Positions 11,201-18,771 of a stretch of 32,000 nucleotides of DNA are shown here, in pieces. The DNA comes from an uncultured Clostridia bacterium (GTDB taxonomy: Bacteria > Bacillota > Clostridia > TANB77 > CAG-508), in assembly GCA_948676835.1 (NCBI GenBank), contig CAPOZU010000004.1, positions 99,149 to 131,148 of the forward strand, in the 5' to 3' direction. The notes under the pieces were generated by a model. The model was given only the letters and a program-made list of their open reading frames with translations. It was not told where the DNA came from and did no database searches. Position numbers and translations under genes: made by a program. The stretch's first letter is position 1; the number at the start of each line of letters is the position of its first letter.

Positions 11201-14200
11201 TGTAGAGGCAAAGAGAATAGGGAAACTAGAGGTGAAATAGTTCGAGGAAAACTTATAAAATATGATAGTAATGGAAATATTGAATGGGAAAAAACACCTA
11301 TTGAATATGATAAAGTAATAGTTTTTAACGGACTAGTAGAAGTAAATGAAGGATATTTGGTACAAGTATATGTAGATGGAGATGCAAAATTAGACAATGA
11401 TGTTATATTAGATGGAACTGTTAATTATTATACTGTTATGTATGATAAAAATGGAAATGTAAAATGGACAGTAAAAGGATATTTAGATTTTCAAGAGACA
11501 TCAGATAATGGTTTTATTGTTGGTATAGATAAGCGAGAAGAAAAAACAATAGACTTTGGGAATGGTATAAAAAGTTCGGAAAAGGGGCAATTTTATTTGA
11601 AATATAATCAAAATGGAATTTTACAGTATGGATTCAGAGGAGCTATGTGGGAAGATAAAATTGATAGACAAGAATATATACTACAAGGAAGAATAGATAA
11701 AGATGAAGTTGTAGATTTTGGAAATAATATTGTAATGAAAGGACCAACTAACTTTTTTATTCAATATGCAAGTGATAATAGTGTAATAACTGCACAAGAT
11801 GCAGGATTATGGGAACGACCTAAAAATACAGACAGTGGAAGAATATATCTTTTAGAAAGCAATAAAGATATAGAATTTAGAAATGGAACTAAAATACATG
11901 GGAATGGGAACTTTAATACATATTTAATAAAATGTAATTCTAATTTAGAAATTGAGTGGTATAAAACTTATGAAGAAATTTCTTTTTTGCTTGCAGAAGA
12001 AACATCCGATGGTGGAATTATTACTGTAGTAGATAATTATTATAAAGAACCGTTAAATTTAGGAAATGGAGTATATTTAGATTCTAATCCAGAACATTGT
12101 ACTACAGCACTAATAAAATTTAATAAAAATGGAATTGCAGAATGGGCAAAAAGCATAGAAGATGCAGAAGTATGGGTTTCAAAAATATCCGAACAAGAAA
12201 ATAACATTATACAAGTTGAAGGTGAAATTTATGGGACAATAAACATAAATGACAATAAAACTATAGGTACTCCAGAAAATTATACAAATATTTTATTTAG
12301 ATATACTCCTCAAGAAGTAGATACACAGGTAGAAGTTGAAAGTGCATATCAGATTGGTGGAGATTATCAGGATTTTCTAAATAATGTAGTTACTACTGAA
12401 GACGGAGGATACATAACAAGTGGAAGTCAAACAACATCAGAGAATGGTAGTTTAGAATACATTATTACTAAATATGATAGCAATGGAACAGAACTGTGGA
12501 AAAATATAATACCAGATAATAAGCAAATATTATCGATTGATAAAACTAGTGATAATGGGTGTATAGTGATAATAGAAAAAAATTATGATGAAAATTCTAT
12601 AATTAGATATGATAGTAGTGGAATACCATTGTATGAAAAAATATTAGATTTTTCTGCACAAGCTATAATGGAATATAGCAATGGAGAATATATAATAGTA
12701 GGAAGCAAAGAATCAATCTCAATACCAATTGATGAATATAATAGTATTAGAACATATGATGGAATATTAATAAAATACAAAGAAAATGATAATAAAAACG
12801 ACTGTGAAGTAATTTTTGAAAGTAAAATAACAGGAAATGTTGTTTATTTAAATACACTAGCAAAAACAGAAGATGGTGGAATTGTTGCTGGAGGGTATTT
12901 GTCAAATTTTACAGATACCAATTTTGGAAATGGTATAATTATAAATCCAAATAGTGAAATTAATATGAGGCAATTTCGTGGAGTAATTGCTAAATATAAT
13001 AGTAATGGTATTGCAGAAGATGCAATAGTAACAGACATTCCAATTAGAAAAATAGAATCAACGTCTGATGGTGGATATATTGTTCTTGAAAATTCTAATA
13101 TTCTAGCTTCTACAAGTATAGTTAAATTTAATAAAATGAATATTGAAGAATGGTCAAAATATGATAAAGATACATGTATATATTCCGTTATAGAGACATC
13201 TGATGGAGGATATATATATACTACTTCAAGAGCAAAAAGCTATCATGGAGTACAAATTCTAGAACAAGTAGCTGATATAATAAAATTAGATAGAAATGGA
13301 AATGAGGAATGGAGAAAAGAAATAGAGTCTAATGAAGATTATATGGTAACAAGACCTAGAGATATAAAACAGCATAAAAATGGAAAATATATATTAGTTG
13401 GAGAGTTTTGTACAGAAATATTGAATTTAGGAAATAGAATTATACTGGAAAATAAAAGCTATCCATGGAACGTAGGAATTCAATTAGGACCTTCACCTGA
13501 TGAAAAAATAGATGTAGTAGCACATTATTATGATGCAATGATTCTTACTCTAGATGCAGAAAAAATGATACCTGAAAAGCAGGAAATTACAGTTAGTAAT
13601 TTTTATAAAAGACATAATATTACTACAGAGGTAAAAGAAGTAAATGGAGAAAAAGGCGGAACAATTTCAGGAGAAGGACTTACTCCATATGAAAAAGTAA
13701 TACATGGAGACGCTTCTTCTAAACCAATAGAAATAAAACCAGACGAATATTATGAATTAGTTGATGTTACAATAAATGGTGAAAAATATTCTATTTCCTC
13801 ATTACAATATAATGAAGAAAAAGGAATATATACGATGCCGAAAGAAGGAATATTTGCAAATGTATTAGACGATATTCATATTGTTGTTACATTCTGTTAT
13901 ACTGAAAATAAATTTACAATTAAAAAAATTGATAGTCAAACAAAAGAACTATTAAAAGGAGCTAAATTTCAAATTATTCCAATGGAAGACACCTCAGAGA
14001 CTGAACTTTTAAATACAATGCAATCTGAAAGTGGAATAAGAGATACTGATATGCTGGCACTTACTGAAAATACTCAAGAAGGAGAATCTTCAATAAGGGA
14101 CACAGATATAGCTGAAGAAATGGTATCATACAGTTTTATAAAATCAGAAGATGGATCTTATAAATCAAACAACCAAGGTAAAGATAACACAACAGCAACT

Positions 14201-14371
14201 TCAAGGATAGAAGTAGATTTAAGTGATTTTAGTGGAGATTATTATTTAGAAGTAAATGCTGGTATATCTTCTTCAAGATTTGACGAAGGAAGAGCATATG
14301 TTACAAGAAAAAGTAGTTTAGCTCAACGGTGGATTGGAAATGTTATCACTAGAAGAACAAGTTTATTCTGA
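5288..14371 (+). CDS. Giant cell-surface adhesin, N-terminal portion (3027 codons). It has a signal/anchor segment but no C-terminal sorting signal. It is almost certainly the 5' part of one gene continuing in 14334-18575.
   Basis: GGAAGGAAGAG lies before ATG 5288. The N-terminus is hydrophobic (LVVLSILASILVITGIVCFVL). It contains five tandem SpaA/Cna-B-like domains, a beta-propeller-like repeat region, and an InlB-B-repeat-like module (GGTISGEG...YELVDVTINGEKY). The ORF ends in the middle of a domain. Confidence 0.85.
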   Translation: MKIKLNLKNKKLVVLSILASILVITGIVCFVLNQSKVDNYIYNSDLKRAEIEQMKTYDPVKDNESQVEGCPNVEFDAFFTKDLDGDGYTEGVRGSCIQIGNQDTIYMELQVNINGELKNARIDINSDNFYFETVLPKSEDVVENAISDNTKTIHLKNIGAGKQITLTGNVKSGVYSSASRTAEAIGNDITKLSNNENSENRNSITLTGTYVIIDENGNNVEKDISKTVYFDLDWHGTTHTSLPAFLGENYNFNYKDQDKNLEGVVDEEKGEVKLSFEILTREDDYQLNLSKSEIEIEIPKLNGCAPKNVEAIDADVEKILNQEEIIGAKVTKTAILDENGEKVQKEAYTDTYSYTNDHYRYNKFKLIITYPIEAYDAIGADTIQLIMPVKAYYEGYNNTSEYFMNPYKSEVAEDSVILTFSNPQGRGAIFHVRIGKYRSYPWYQYMVSNRNPIRIWNGIGENIKNDTYEVRWEAYTGTEGENKKLTIKENNTEHEIKLSDELFVGNESISMEDFVSNVGIYFGDPTVMLGKDGWIKIYDDDDEESEPLVTFTINDWNKYNKSNPYRYDEPVKHIRVETSETKSNSTLYVYNIKEIDTNYVTDNFSKEDYLKYDRIRSRVNGYADGGYVNEDINWAYYQKTESLAQVSLSNNKISTTETHNLKIYIDTLVDEENNQEKWKNGMFLLKLPKELTSVEIKDVYTENKELKNPLNYEIYVEDGYTFIKIITENVEPTSYRITVDCDVTPDSTSLTQTKPVELYAINENCENYPNGYSTQDIYDLNDNSNFTELVNYLTTSLNLISTNNLLTSEYISNYDKTGTNKTYSPKVAGVSREDRTARINVVVNNNYSGTNSEVIILGRIPFKGNKYVEENNENDMKSEFTAIMNSSGIVVPEELKNIVTVYYSENGEATTEFNETNDWQDAPMDFSKVKSYMIYFDKNYKLQRGEQHEFYYDVTIPKEVVLNTESYSHHEVSFCWDTPQGKRPTKVRPGKVGITPVEKFNLQLTKFQTGIEKRVPGAYYSVTEIKTNEMGEEERINSKSARTKEDGTLIISDLNIDRLYEIKEIKSPDTHELNSDTIRILVSINDETGELYVEKKSGKTRTDIIVNQEERIIYLEVEDNPSAKLKIQKTDKDNSEIKIANVRYKIIGDNLPESGSIVTTNKDGIAEIQGLTIGKKYILQETKAANGYYLEEATVEFTILTSDYINYDIEVSGNIKDSNIEIIENSPAITFNLTNERIPIFKIVKTDKNTGERLGKVKYKLKGKGFVENGSKLITNEQGEIQLSTLYLNEEYILEETKALEGYYTKAGEIKFQILNNNGNYSLKINSGEDIIKSTESTYTNGIPTLILYMENERIPTFNLDITKIEKDNLEVLLQGAKFRLYRDEKLVGEAISNEQGKLEFKNLYQYEEGKDFNSTYTLTEAEAPNGYTTMKDITFRVQNVDGILKFIEESNNIESPRSYEVVENTIKLVLENSPSFKLIKVDGEKKEEVRLPNTKFVIYNIDTDEEVPAVDSKGNIVGIKETIDRNEYYTLTTDSNGEFTVDLAEGFYKAIEVKANSEKFDITNQTYYFGIGKSKKSVELKLDSANSMLICSPDMMINTVDGGTIRYRNINRNEEVDIGNGNIIKIAPDVECEGVIAKYDSLGNLEWYNQIKISEYNESYKYHNFSNIHNIIENSLGEIIVKIVSTGKGIQVADNNIITNPHTGAGIDLLVKYDNNGNVLDYTEGDIINCSDYYGNATSYLINNDVVFLELNGESFDIGNGNILRNDKQYRKCDGHYNGNGSYSEHGTDLSNCDNQIDAYYNSCYMIKYNENKEIEWYKKISANEDNVNIQNILKFGDEYTFTLFSERHLEIEINFGNKVIPNQSTILYDINQTENEAIVTPYSILSIDSSGFWAYKHFEKEIGSITLPNGESVYGDADVSYLLIRFNSEGVVQWYTVFDDKLIEDGINYNEGYTFANETKNNGYIIGTVCRGKENRETRGEIVRGKLIKYDSNGNIEWEKTPIEYDKVIVFNGLVEVNEGYLVQVYVDGDAKLDNDVILDGTVNYYTVMYDKNGNVKWTVKGYLDFQETSDNGFIVGIDKREEKTIDFGNGIKSSEKGQFYLKYNQNGILQYGFRGAMWEDKIDRQEYILQGRIDKDEVVDFGNNIVMKGPTNFFIQYASDNSVITAQDAGLWERPKNTDSGRIYLLESNKDIEFRNGTKIHGNGNFNTYLIKCNSNLEIEWYKTYEEISFLLAEETSDGGIITVVDNYYKEPLNLGNGVYLDSNPEHCTTALIKFNKNGIAEWAKSIEDAEVWVSKISEQENNIIQVEGEIYGTININDNKTIGTPENYTNILFRYTPQEVDTQVEVESAYQIGGDYQDFLNNVVTTEDGGYITSGSQTTSENGSLEYIITKYDSNGTELWKNIIPDNKQILSIDKTSDNGCIVIIEKNYDENSIIRYDSSGIPLYEKILDFSAQAIMEYSNGEYIIVGSKESISIPIDEYNSIRTYDGILIKYKENDNKNDCEVIFESKITGNVVYLNTLAKTEDGGIVAGGYLSNFTDTNFGNGIIINPNSEINMRQFRGVIAKYNSNGIAEDAIVTDIPIRKIESTSDGGYIVLENSNILASTSIVKFNKMNIEEWSKYDKDTCIYSVIETSDGGYIYTTSRAKSYHGVQILEQVADIIKLDRNGNEEWRKEIESNEDYMVTRPRDIKQHKNGKYILVGEFCTEILNLGNRIILENKSYPWNVGIQLGPSPDEKIDVVAHYYDAMILTLDAEKMIPEKQEITVSNFYKRHNITTEVKEVNGEKGGTISGEGLTPYEKVIHGDASSKPIEIKPDEYYELVDVTINGEKYSISSLQYNEEKGIYTMPKEGIFANVLDDIHIVVTFCYTENKFTIKKIDSQTKELLKGAKFQIIPMEDTSETELLNTMQSESGIRDTDMLALTENTQEGESSIRDTDIAEEMVSYSFIKSEDGSYKSNNQGKDNTTATSRIEVDLSDFSGDYYLEVNAGISSSRFDEGRAYVTRKSSLAQRWIGNVITRRTSLF
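8275..10010 (+). repeat. Five tandem SpaA/Cna-B-type (prealbumin-like fold) domains inside the adhesin
   Basis: The recurrent pattern is K(I/T)(D/E)K...L.GA.F.L/I ... (T/S).E.G...(F/I)..L..G.Y.L.E.KAP.GY. Examples are AKLKIQKTDKDN...GKKYILQETKAANGYYL, IFKIVKTDKNTG...EEYILEETKALEGYY and LQGAKFRLYRDE...TYTLTEAEAPNGYT. Confidence 0.7.
10080..13550 (+). repeat. Array of at least 13 degenerate blades of about 55-75 aa (beta-propeller-like; reminiscent of the SBBP/PQQ-type repeat)
   Basis: The recurring motif is (K/R)(Y/F)(D/N)xxGxxxW. Instances: KYDSLGNLEWY, KYDNNGNVLDY, KYNENKEIEWY, RFNSEGVVQWY, KYDSNGNIEWE, MYDKNGNVKWT, KYNQNGILQYG, KCNSNLEIEWY, KFNKNGIAEWA, KYDSNGTELWK, RYDSSGIPLYE, KYNSNGIAED, KFNKMNIEEWS, LDRNGNEEWR. 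These alternate with (T/S)(S/E)DGG(Y/I)I motifs. Confidence 0.6.
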
Positions 14372-17300
14372 GCCAACATCACAAATTAATATGGATACAG
14401 ATAATTCCAAAGGCCTTGGTATTAGTAAACCTAACTATTTTATTCAAATAAGTGGAGAAGTAGAAACTCAAAACTATAGAACAATATTAAGTGGTGGTTC
14501 TAAGTATACAGTATATTTCGAATATGAAAAAATGGGATATAGTACAGAAGGTGAAGATACATTTACTATTAATAGTGTAAACATAAGAAGAGCAATAACA
14601 CCTCAAACAGTTGTAGAAACAAATGAAAATGGTGAAATTACAACAGAACTACTATTCGGAAAATATTTAATAAAAGAGATAGAAGCGCCAGATGGATATA
14701 TTTTAAATGATGAATCCTTTGAAATTGACTTCCAAGCAATTGAAATGGGACAAAATCCAGAAGAAGTTCATACAATTTTGGTAGAAAATACAAAAAAATC
14801 AAAAGTAACAGTACATTATTACAAGTTAGAAGAAAAGGATAATCCTACACCAGAAGCTTTGATAGAAGATTTAGTATTGATGGGAAATCCAGATGAGCCA
14901 TATACAACAGAAATAATTAAAGAATTCGAGAAAGACGGAATTGAATATGAATTAGAAAACACATTATCTGAAGATGGAACAAAAACATATGTAATTCCAG
15001 ATAATAGTACTGGAAAATTCAAACTAGGTGAAGATCAAGAAGTAATTTACTATTATGTTGAAAAGAAAACACCATTAATAGTACATCATTATATACAAGG
15101 AACAGCAGTAGGCGTTCCATTAGCAGATGGAACATCTGCTAAAGATGAAAGATTCTCAGGAAAAGAAGGAGAAGAATATACAACAGACGCACTTACAGCA
15201 GAAGAATTATCAGAAGAATATGAATTAGTTGAGGCTCCAGCCAATAGTACAGGAACATACGGAAAAGATGAAATTGTAGTTACATACTATTATAAAAAAA
15301 TAGGAAAAAATGTATCAATTTTCAAATATGATTTACAAAAGCAAATAAATCAAGAAACAGGTTTAGAGGAAGAAGTAAAAGTACCTTTAGCAGGAGCAGA
15401 ATTTACAATACTAAGAACAGACGTTGCAGAGAATACAACTGATGCTGAAAGCAGAATAAGAGATATAGATGTGGCAACAGAGATGGTAGGATATTCAGCA
15501 GAAAATATAGATAACAGTAAATATACCCTAGAGCAATCATCAAAAGCAACATTACCATCAAGAGAATTACAAAAATATACAACAGATGAAAACGGTAAAA
15601 TAGATGTAAAACTTGAAGTTGGAGAATACGAAATAGCGGAAGTAAAAGCACCAGAAGGATATATACTTCCAGAAGGTGAAGCAGCAAAAACTACAATCAT
15701 AGTAAATAGAGAAACAGAAGATGGACAACTTATAGAAATCGAAAATAACAAACCACAAGGAACAGTAATAGTAAAACATCTTCAATTAGATGAAAATGGA
15801 AATCCTACAGAAATACCAGTACAAATAAAAGATGGTGAAAATTTAGTAGATGCTCCAATAGAGACAAAAACAGGAGATATTGGAAGCGAGTATGCAACAA
15901 AGCCAGTAGAAAATCTTCCAATAAACTGGAAATATGTAAAAGCAGAAGGAGAAACAAGTGGAACATTTAAGGAAAGCGAAATAACAGTAATATATTATTA
16001 TCAACAAGTAGATTTTGAGGAAACAATAGATATTGAACTGACAAAAATATGGAAAGATAATAGCATACAAGCATTAAGAAGACCAAAAAGAATAAAGTTC
16101 ATTGTAACACCATATGTAGAAACTGAAGAACAAACACTTACAGAGGCTTCTCAAGAACAACCAATTTCAAATCCTGATGGTACAAATACTACACCAGATG
16201 TAGTAGAAGACATAGTTAATACAGAACCTAAATTAGAAGAACAAAAATCTACATCAGAAATTACAGGAAATGAAACAAACAAAACATCAGAAAACATAGC
16301 AGAAACTGCAAAAGAAGAAACTTTAGAAAAAGAAATTGCAGAGGTAGGAAGTACAGAAAAGGCAAACTCTGAAAAAGAGAATTCAGAAAACATAACAACA
16401 GAGGAAAATGTAGGAAATACAGATTCACAAAATACAGTTAATAATACTTTAAATGAAACTTCTAAAAATACAACAACACAAGAAAATACAGTATCAGAAA
16501 CACCAACAGCAAACATCACAGAACCAGAAAAAGTATCAAGTGCACCTGAAAAGGTAACAAATACACATGATACAATAGCAAGCGAAAATGCTGAAAATAG
16601 CGAGGCACAAAAAGTAATCGTTCAGGAATTAGAAGTTTATGAGTTTACATTTGATGTTGAAAAAGGTGAAAGCTATACTTATACATTATATAGTTTGCCC
16701 AAATATGACAAAACAACAGGAAAAACAAAACGCTATAAAATAACAGAAACATATGATGAAAAAGAAGGTTCAGAACATGACTTAGATTTCTATACAGCAC
16801 AAGGTGGAGAAGTAATTGAACTAATTGACGAAAACGGAAATATAAAATATACATCAAGAATAATAAATACATTCACATTGCCAGAGGATAATTCAAAAGA
16901 TATTAAGGCAATAAAAGTTTGGAAAGACAGAGACAATGAAAGAAAAACAAGACCAGAGTCAATTATTTTAGAACTAGTAGGAAGAGTTAAAAATATTGAG
17001 ATAGAAGAAAAAGAAGATGGAACTAAGGTACTTAACGTTCCAGAAACAGCAGAGCGAAAACTTGATAGTGAATCTGCAAATGTAGAAATACCAAACACTA
17101 ATCCATATGAACATACATTTTCTAAGAGTAAATATGATGCAGATGGACAAGAAATCGAATATAGTGTAGATGAGAAAGAAAAGACAGAAGGAAGCTTAAA
17201 GAAATACAATAAAACAATAACATCAAACGAAGATAAGTCAGAATTTACAATAATAAATAGCTTAAATGTACAAGGTTCAAGTATTACAAAAATAGGTTCA

Positions 17301-18575
17301 GAAAAGCTAAGAGCAAAAGATGGTAAAGTAAATTATACAATAGATTATGTAGCCGAATTAGATACAAACTACGAGGATGAAAATATCCAGGTAACAATAG
17401 TAGACAAATTGCCATATAAGATAAGTGAAAAAGAACGTAATATTGCAGGAGGAACTTATGATGAAGAATCAAAAACAATAACATGGACAGGAACATATAA
17501 TACAAAATCAGAAGAACAAGTTGTTTTATGGAGTGACGGAAGCAAAACACCAGTAACATTAAATGAAGAAAAACAAGTTAAAGTTCTTGAATTCAAAAAA
17601 GACATAAGCTTTTCGTATATAGGAATTACTTTAGATATTGAAACAATAGTAAATAATGTATCTGGAAAAATACAATTAAGAGATTCAGAAGAAACAGTAA
17701 CAGCACTATGCGAAACAAAAACAGAATGGAAACAAGATGTAATTGTTAACAAGTTGTGGAATGGAGATACTGAAAGTACAAGACCAGATTCAATTGATGT
17801 AGAGCTAAAGCTAGTTAAACAAGATGAAAATGGAAATCAAATTCTAGAAGATATAAAAGGATTTAATACCACAATAACTCCAACAGCCACTGCTGACGGA
17901 AAAACAGTATGGACATATACATATAAAGACTTACCAAGATATGATGCAGAAGGAAATGAGTATAAATATACTGTAGATGAAACTGGGGTAAATTACACAA
18001 AAGGTGAACAAACTGTGGAAAACGAGTACTACTGCGAAAAATCCGAAGAAGTTGTAGACAGCAATACAGTAATTACATTAACAAATAATAAATTCGGAAG
18101 TATAACAGTTACAAAGGTTGATAGCAGAAAAGAAGATGTAAAACTTCAAGGAGCAGAGTTCAAACTAGAAAAATTAATCCAAGATGAATCAGGAAATTGG
18201 GTAGTTCCAGAAGAAACAAGCGAAGACTATTCATGTGCTACTGGAACAACTACAGAAGACGGAACATATATATTTGAAAATCTAAAATACGGATTCTATA
18301 AATTAACAGAAATAAAAGCACCAGAGGATTACAGAATATCAAAAGAAGAACTAGAACTAATAGAAGTTAGGGCAGGAAATACAGATGTACAACTTACAGT
18401 AAAAAATGATAAGAAATACAGCTTACCAACAACAGGAGGCTTAGGAATAGACATCATAAGAAATGCTGGAATATTAATAGTAAGTATATTTGCAATAATA
18501 TTAACAAACAGAAAGAAGATAGTGCCTGTAAAAAGAAGTAAAATAATTGAAAAACCAGCAAGAAGAAAGAAATAA
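14334..18575 (+). CDS. Giant cell-surface adhesin, C-terminal portion (1413 codons) with an LPXTG sorting signal. It is the frame-shifted continuation of 5288-14371 (possible pseudogene, sequencing error or recoding).
   Basis: It has no signal peptide and no convincing RBS. It contains three MucBP-like modules (VTVHYY...VIYYYVEKK; LIVHHY...VVTYYYKKI; VIVKHL...VIYYYQQV). It contains three CnaB modules (TKIWKDN..RRP; IKVWKDRDNERKTRP; NKLWNGDTESTRPDS). It also has a DUF11-like module and a final SpaA-like domain. The C-terminus is LPTTG plus a hydrophobic helix plus RKKIVPVKRSK. Confidence 0.85.
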   Translation: MEMLSLEEQVYSEPTSQINMDTDNSKGLGISKPNYFIQISGEVETQNYRTILSGGSKYTVYFEYEKMGYSTEGEDTFTINSVNIRRAITPQTVVETNENGEITTELLFGKYLIKEIEAPDGYILNDESFEIDFQAIEMGQNPEEVHTILVENTKKSKVTVHYYKLEEKDNPTPEALIEDLVLMGNPDEPYTTEIIKEFEKDGIEYELENTLSEDGTKTYVIPDNSTGKFKLGEDQEVIYYYVEKKTPLIVHHYIQGTAVGVPLADGTSAKDERFSGKEGEEYTTDALTAEELSEEYELVEAPANSTGTYGKDEIVVTYYYKKIGKNVSIFKYDLQKQINQETGLEEEVKVPLAGAEFTILRTDVAENTTDAESRIRDIDVATEMVGYSAENIDNSKYTLEQSSKATLPSRELQKYTTDENGKIDVKLEVGEYEIAEVKAPEGYILPEGEAAKTTIIVNRETEDGQLIEIENNKPQGTVIVKHLQLDENGNPTEIPVQIKDGENLVDAPIETKTGDIGSEYATKPVENLPINWKYVKAEGETSGTFKESEITVIYYYQQVDFEETIDIELTKIWKDNSIQALRRPKRIKFIVTPYVETEEQTLTEASQEQPISNPDGTNTTPDVVEDIVNTEPKLEEQKSTSEITGNETNKTSENIAETAKEETLEKEIAEVGSTEKANSEKENSENITTEENVGNTDSQNTVNNTLNETSKNTTTQENTVSETPTANITEPEKVSSAPEKVTNTHDTIASENAENSEAQKVIVQELEVYEFTFDVEKGESYTYTLYSLPKYDKTTGKTKRYKITETYDEKEGSEHDLDFYTAQGGEVIELIDENGNIKYTSRIINTFTLPEDNSKDIKAIKVWKDRDNERKTRPESIILELVGRVKNIEIEEKEDGTKVLNVPETAERKLDSESANVEIPNTNPYEHTFSKSKYDADGQEIEYSVDEKEKTEGSLKKYNKTITSNEDKSEFTIINSLNVQGSSITKIGSEKLRAKDGKVNYTIDYVAELDTNYEDENIQVTIVDKLPYKISEKERNIAGGTYDEESKTITWTGTYNTKSEEQVVLWSDGSKTPVTLNEEKQVKVLEFKKDISFSYIGITLDIETIVNNVSGKIQLRDSEETVTALCETKTEWKQDVIVNKLWNGDTESTRPDSIDVELKLVKQDENGNQILEDIKGFNTTITPTATADGKTVWTYTYKDLPRYDAEGNEYKYTVDETGVNYTKGEQTVENEYYCEKSEEVVDSNTVITLTNNKFGSITVTKVDSRKEDVKLQGAEFKLEKLIQDESGNWVVPEETSEDYSCATGTTTEDGTYIFENLKYGFYKLTEIKAPEDYRISKEELELIEVRAGNTDVQLTVKNDKKYSLPTTGGLGIDIIRNAGILIVSIFAIILTNRKKIVPVKRSKIIEKPARRKK
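18423..18575 (+). other. Sortase cell-wall sorting signal (LPTTG, hydrophobic segment, basic tail)
   Basis: Codons tta cca aca aca gga at 18423-18437 encode LPTTG. They are followed by GLGIDIIRNAGILIVSIFAIILT and NRKKIVPVKRSKIIEKPARRKK, then stop. Confidence 0.9.
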
Positions 18576-18592
18576 GATTTTACAAAGAAAAG

Positions 18593-18630
18593 GAAGCACC
18601 CAGATTAGACTGTGGGCTTCTTTTTCTTTT
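18593..18630 (+). terminator. Intrinsic terminator after the adhesin
   Basis: An imperfect GC-rich hairpin, GAAGCACCCAG (18593-18603) with CTGTGGGCTTC (18610-18620), has two unpaired positions. TTTTTCTTTT follows. Confidence 0.6.
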
Positions 18631-18694
18631 AAAGTGTAAAAATTGCACTTTAAAAACTTATATAATATCAAGTGTGAAAAATATCATAATCAAA

Positions 18695-18723
18695 TTGACA
18701 CTAATTTTGGAATGGTGTAATAT
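18695..18723 (+). promoter_or_regulatory. Sigma-A-type promoter for tex
   Basis: TTGACA (18695-18700), a 17-nt spacer, then TAATAT (18718-18723). It lies about 48 nt upstream of the tex GTG start. Confidence 0.55.
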
Positions 18724-18771
18724 AAAATAGATTTAATTTTAAATTACATTATTAAAAAGAGAGGTAAATTT

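Noticed and set aside
5809-17752. About 17 minus-strand ORFs of 64-139 aa scattered through the adhesin gene (for example 15350-15751 and 16790-17209)
   Set aside because: They are antisense to a continuous, domain-rich coding frame. Their translations are Ser/Phe/Leu/Ile-rich and low in complexity, they have no RBS, and several overlap one another in different frames.
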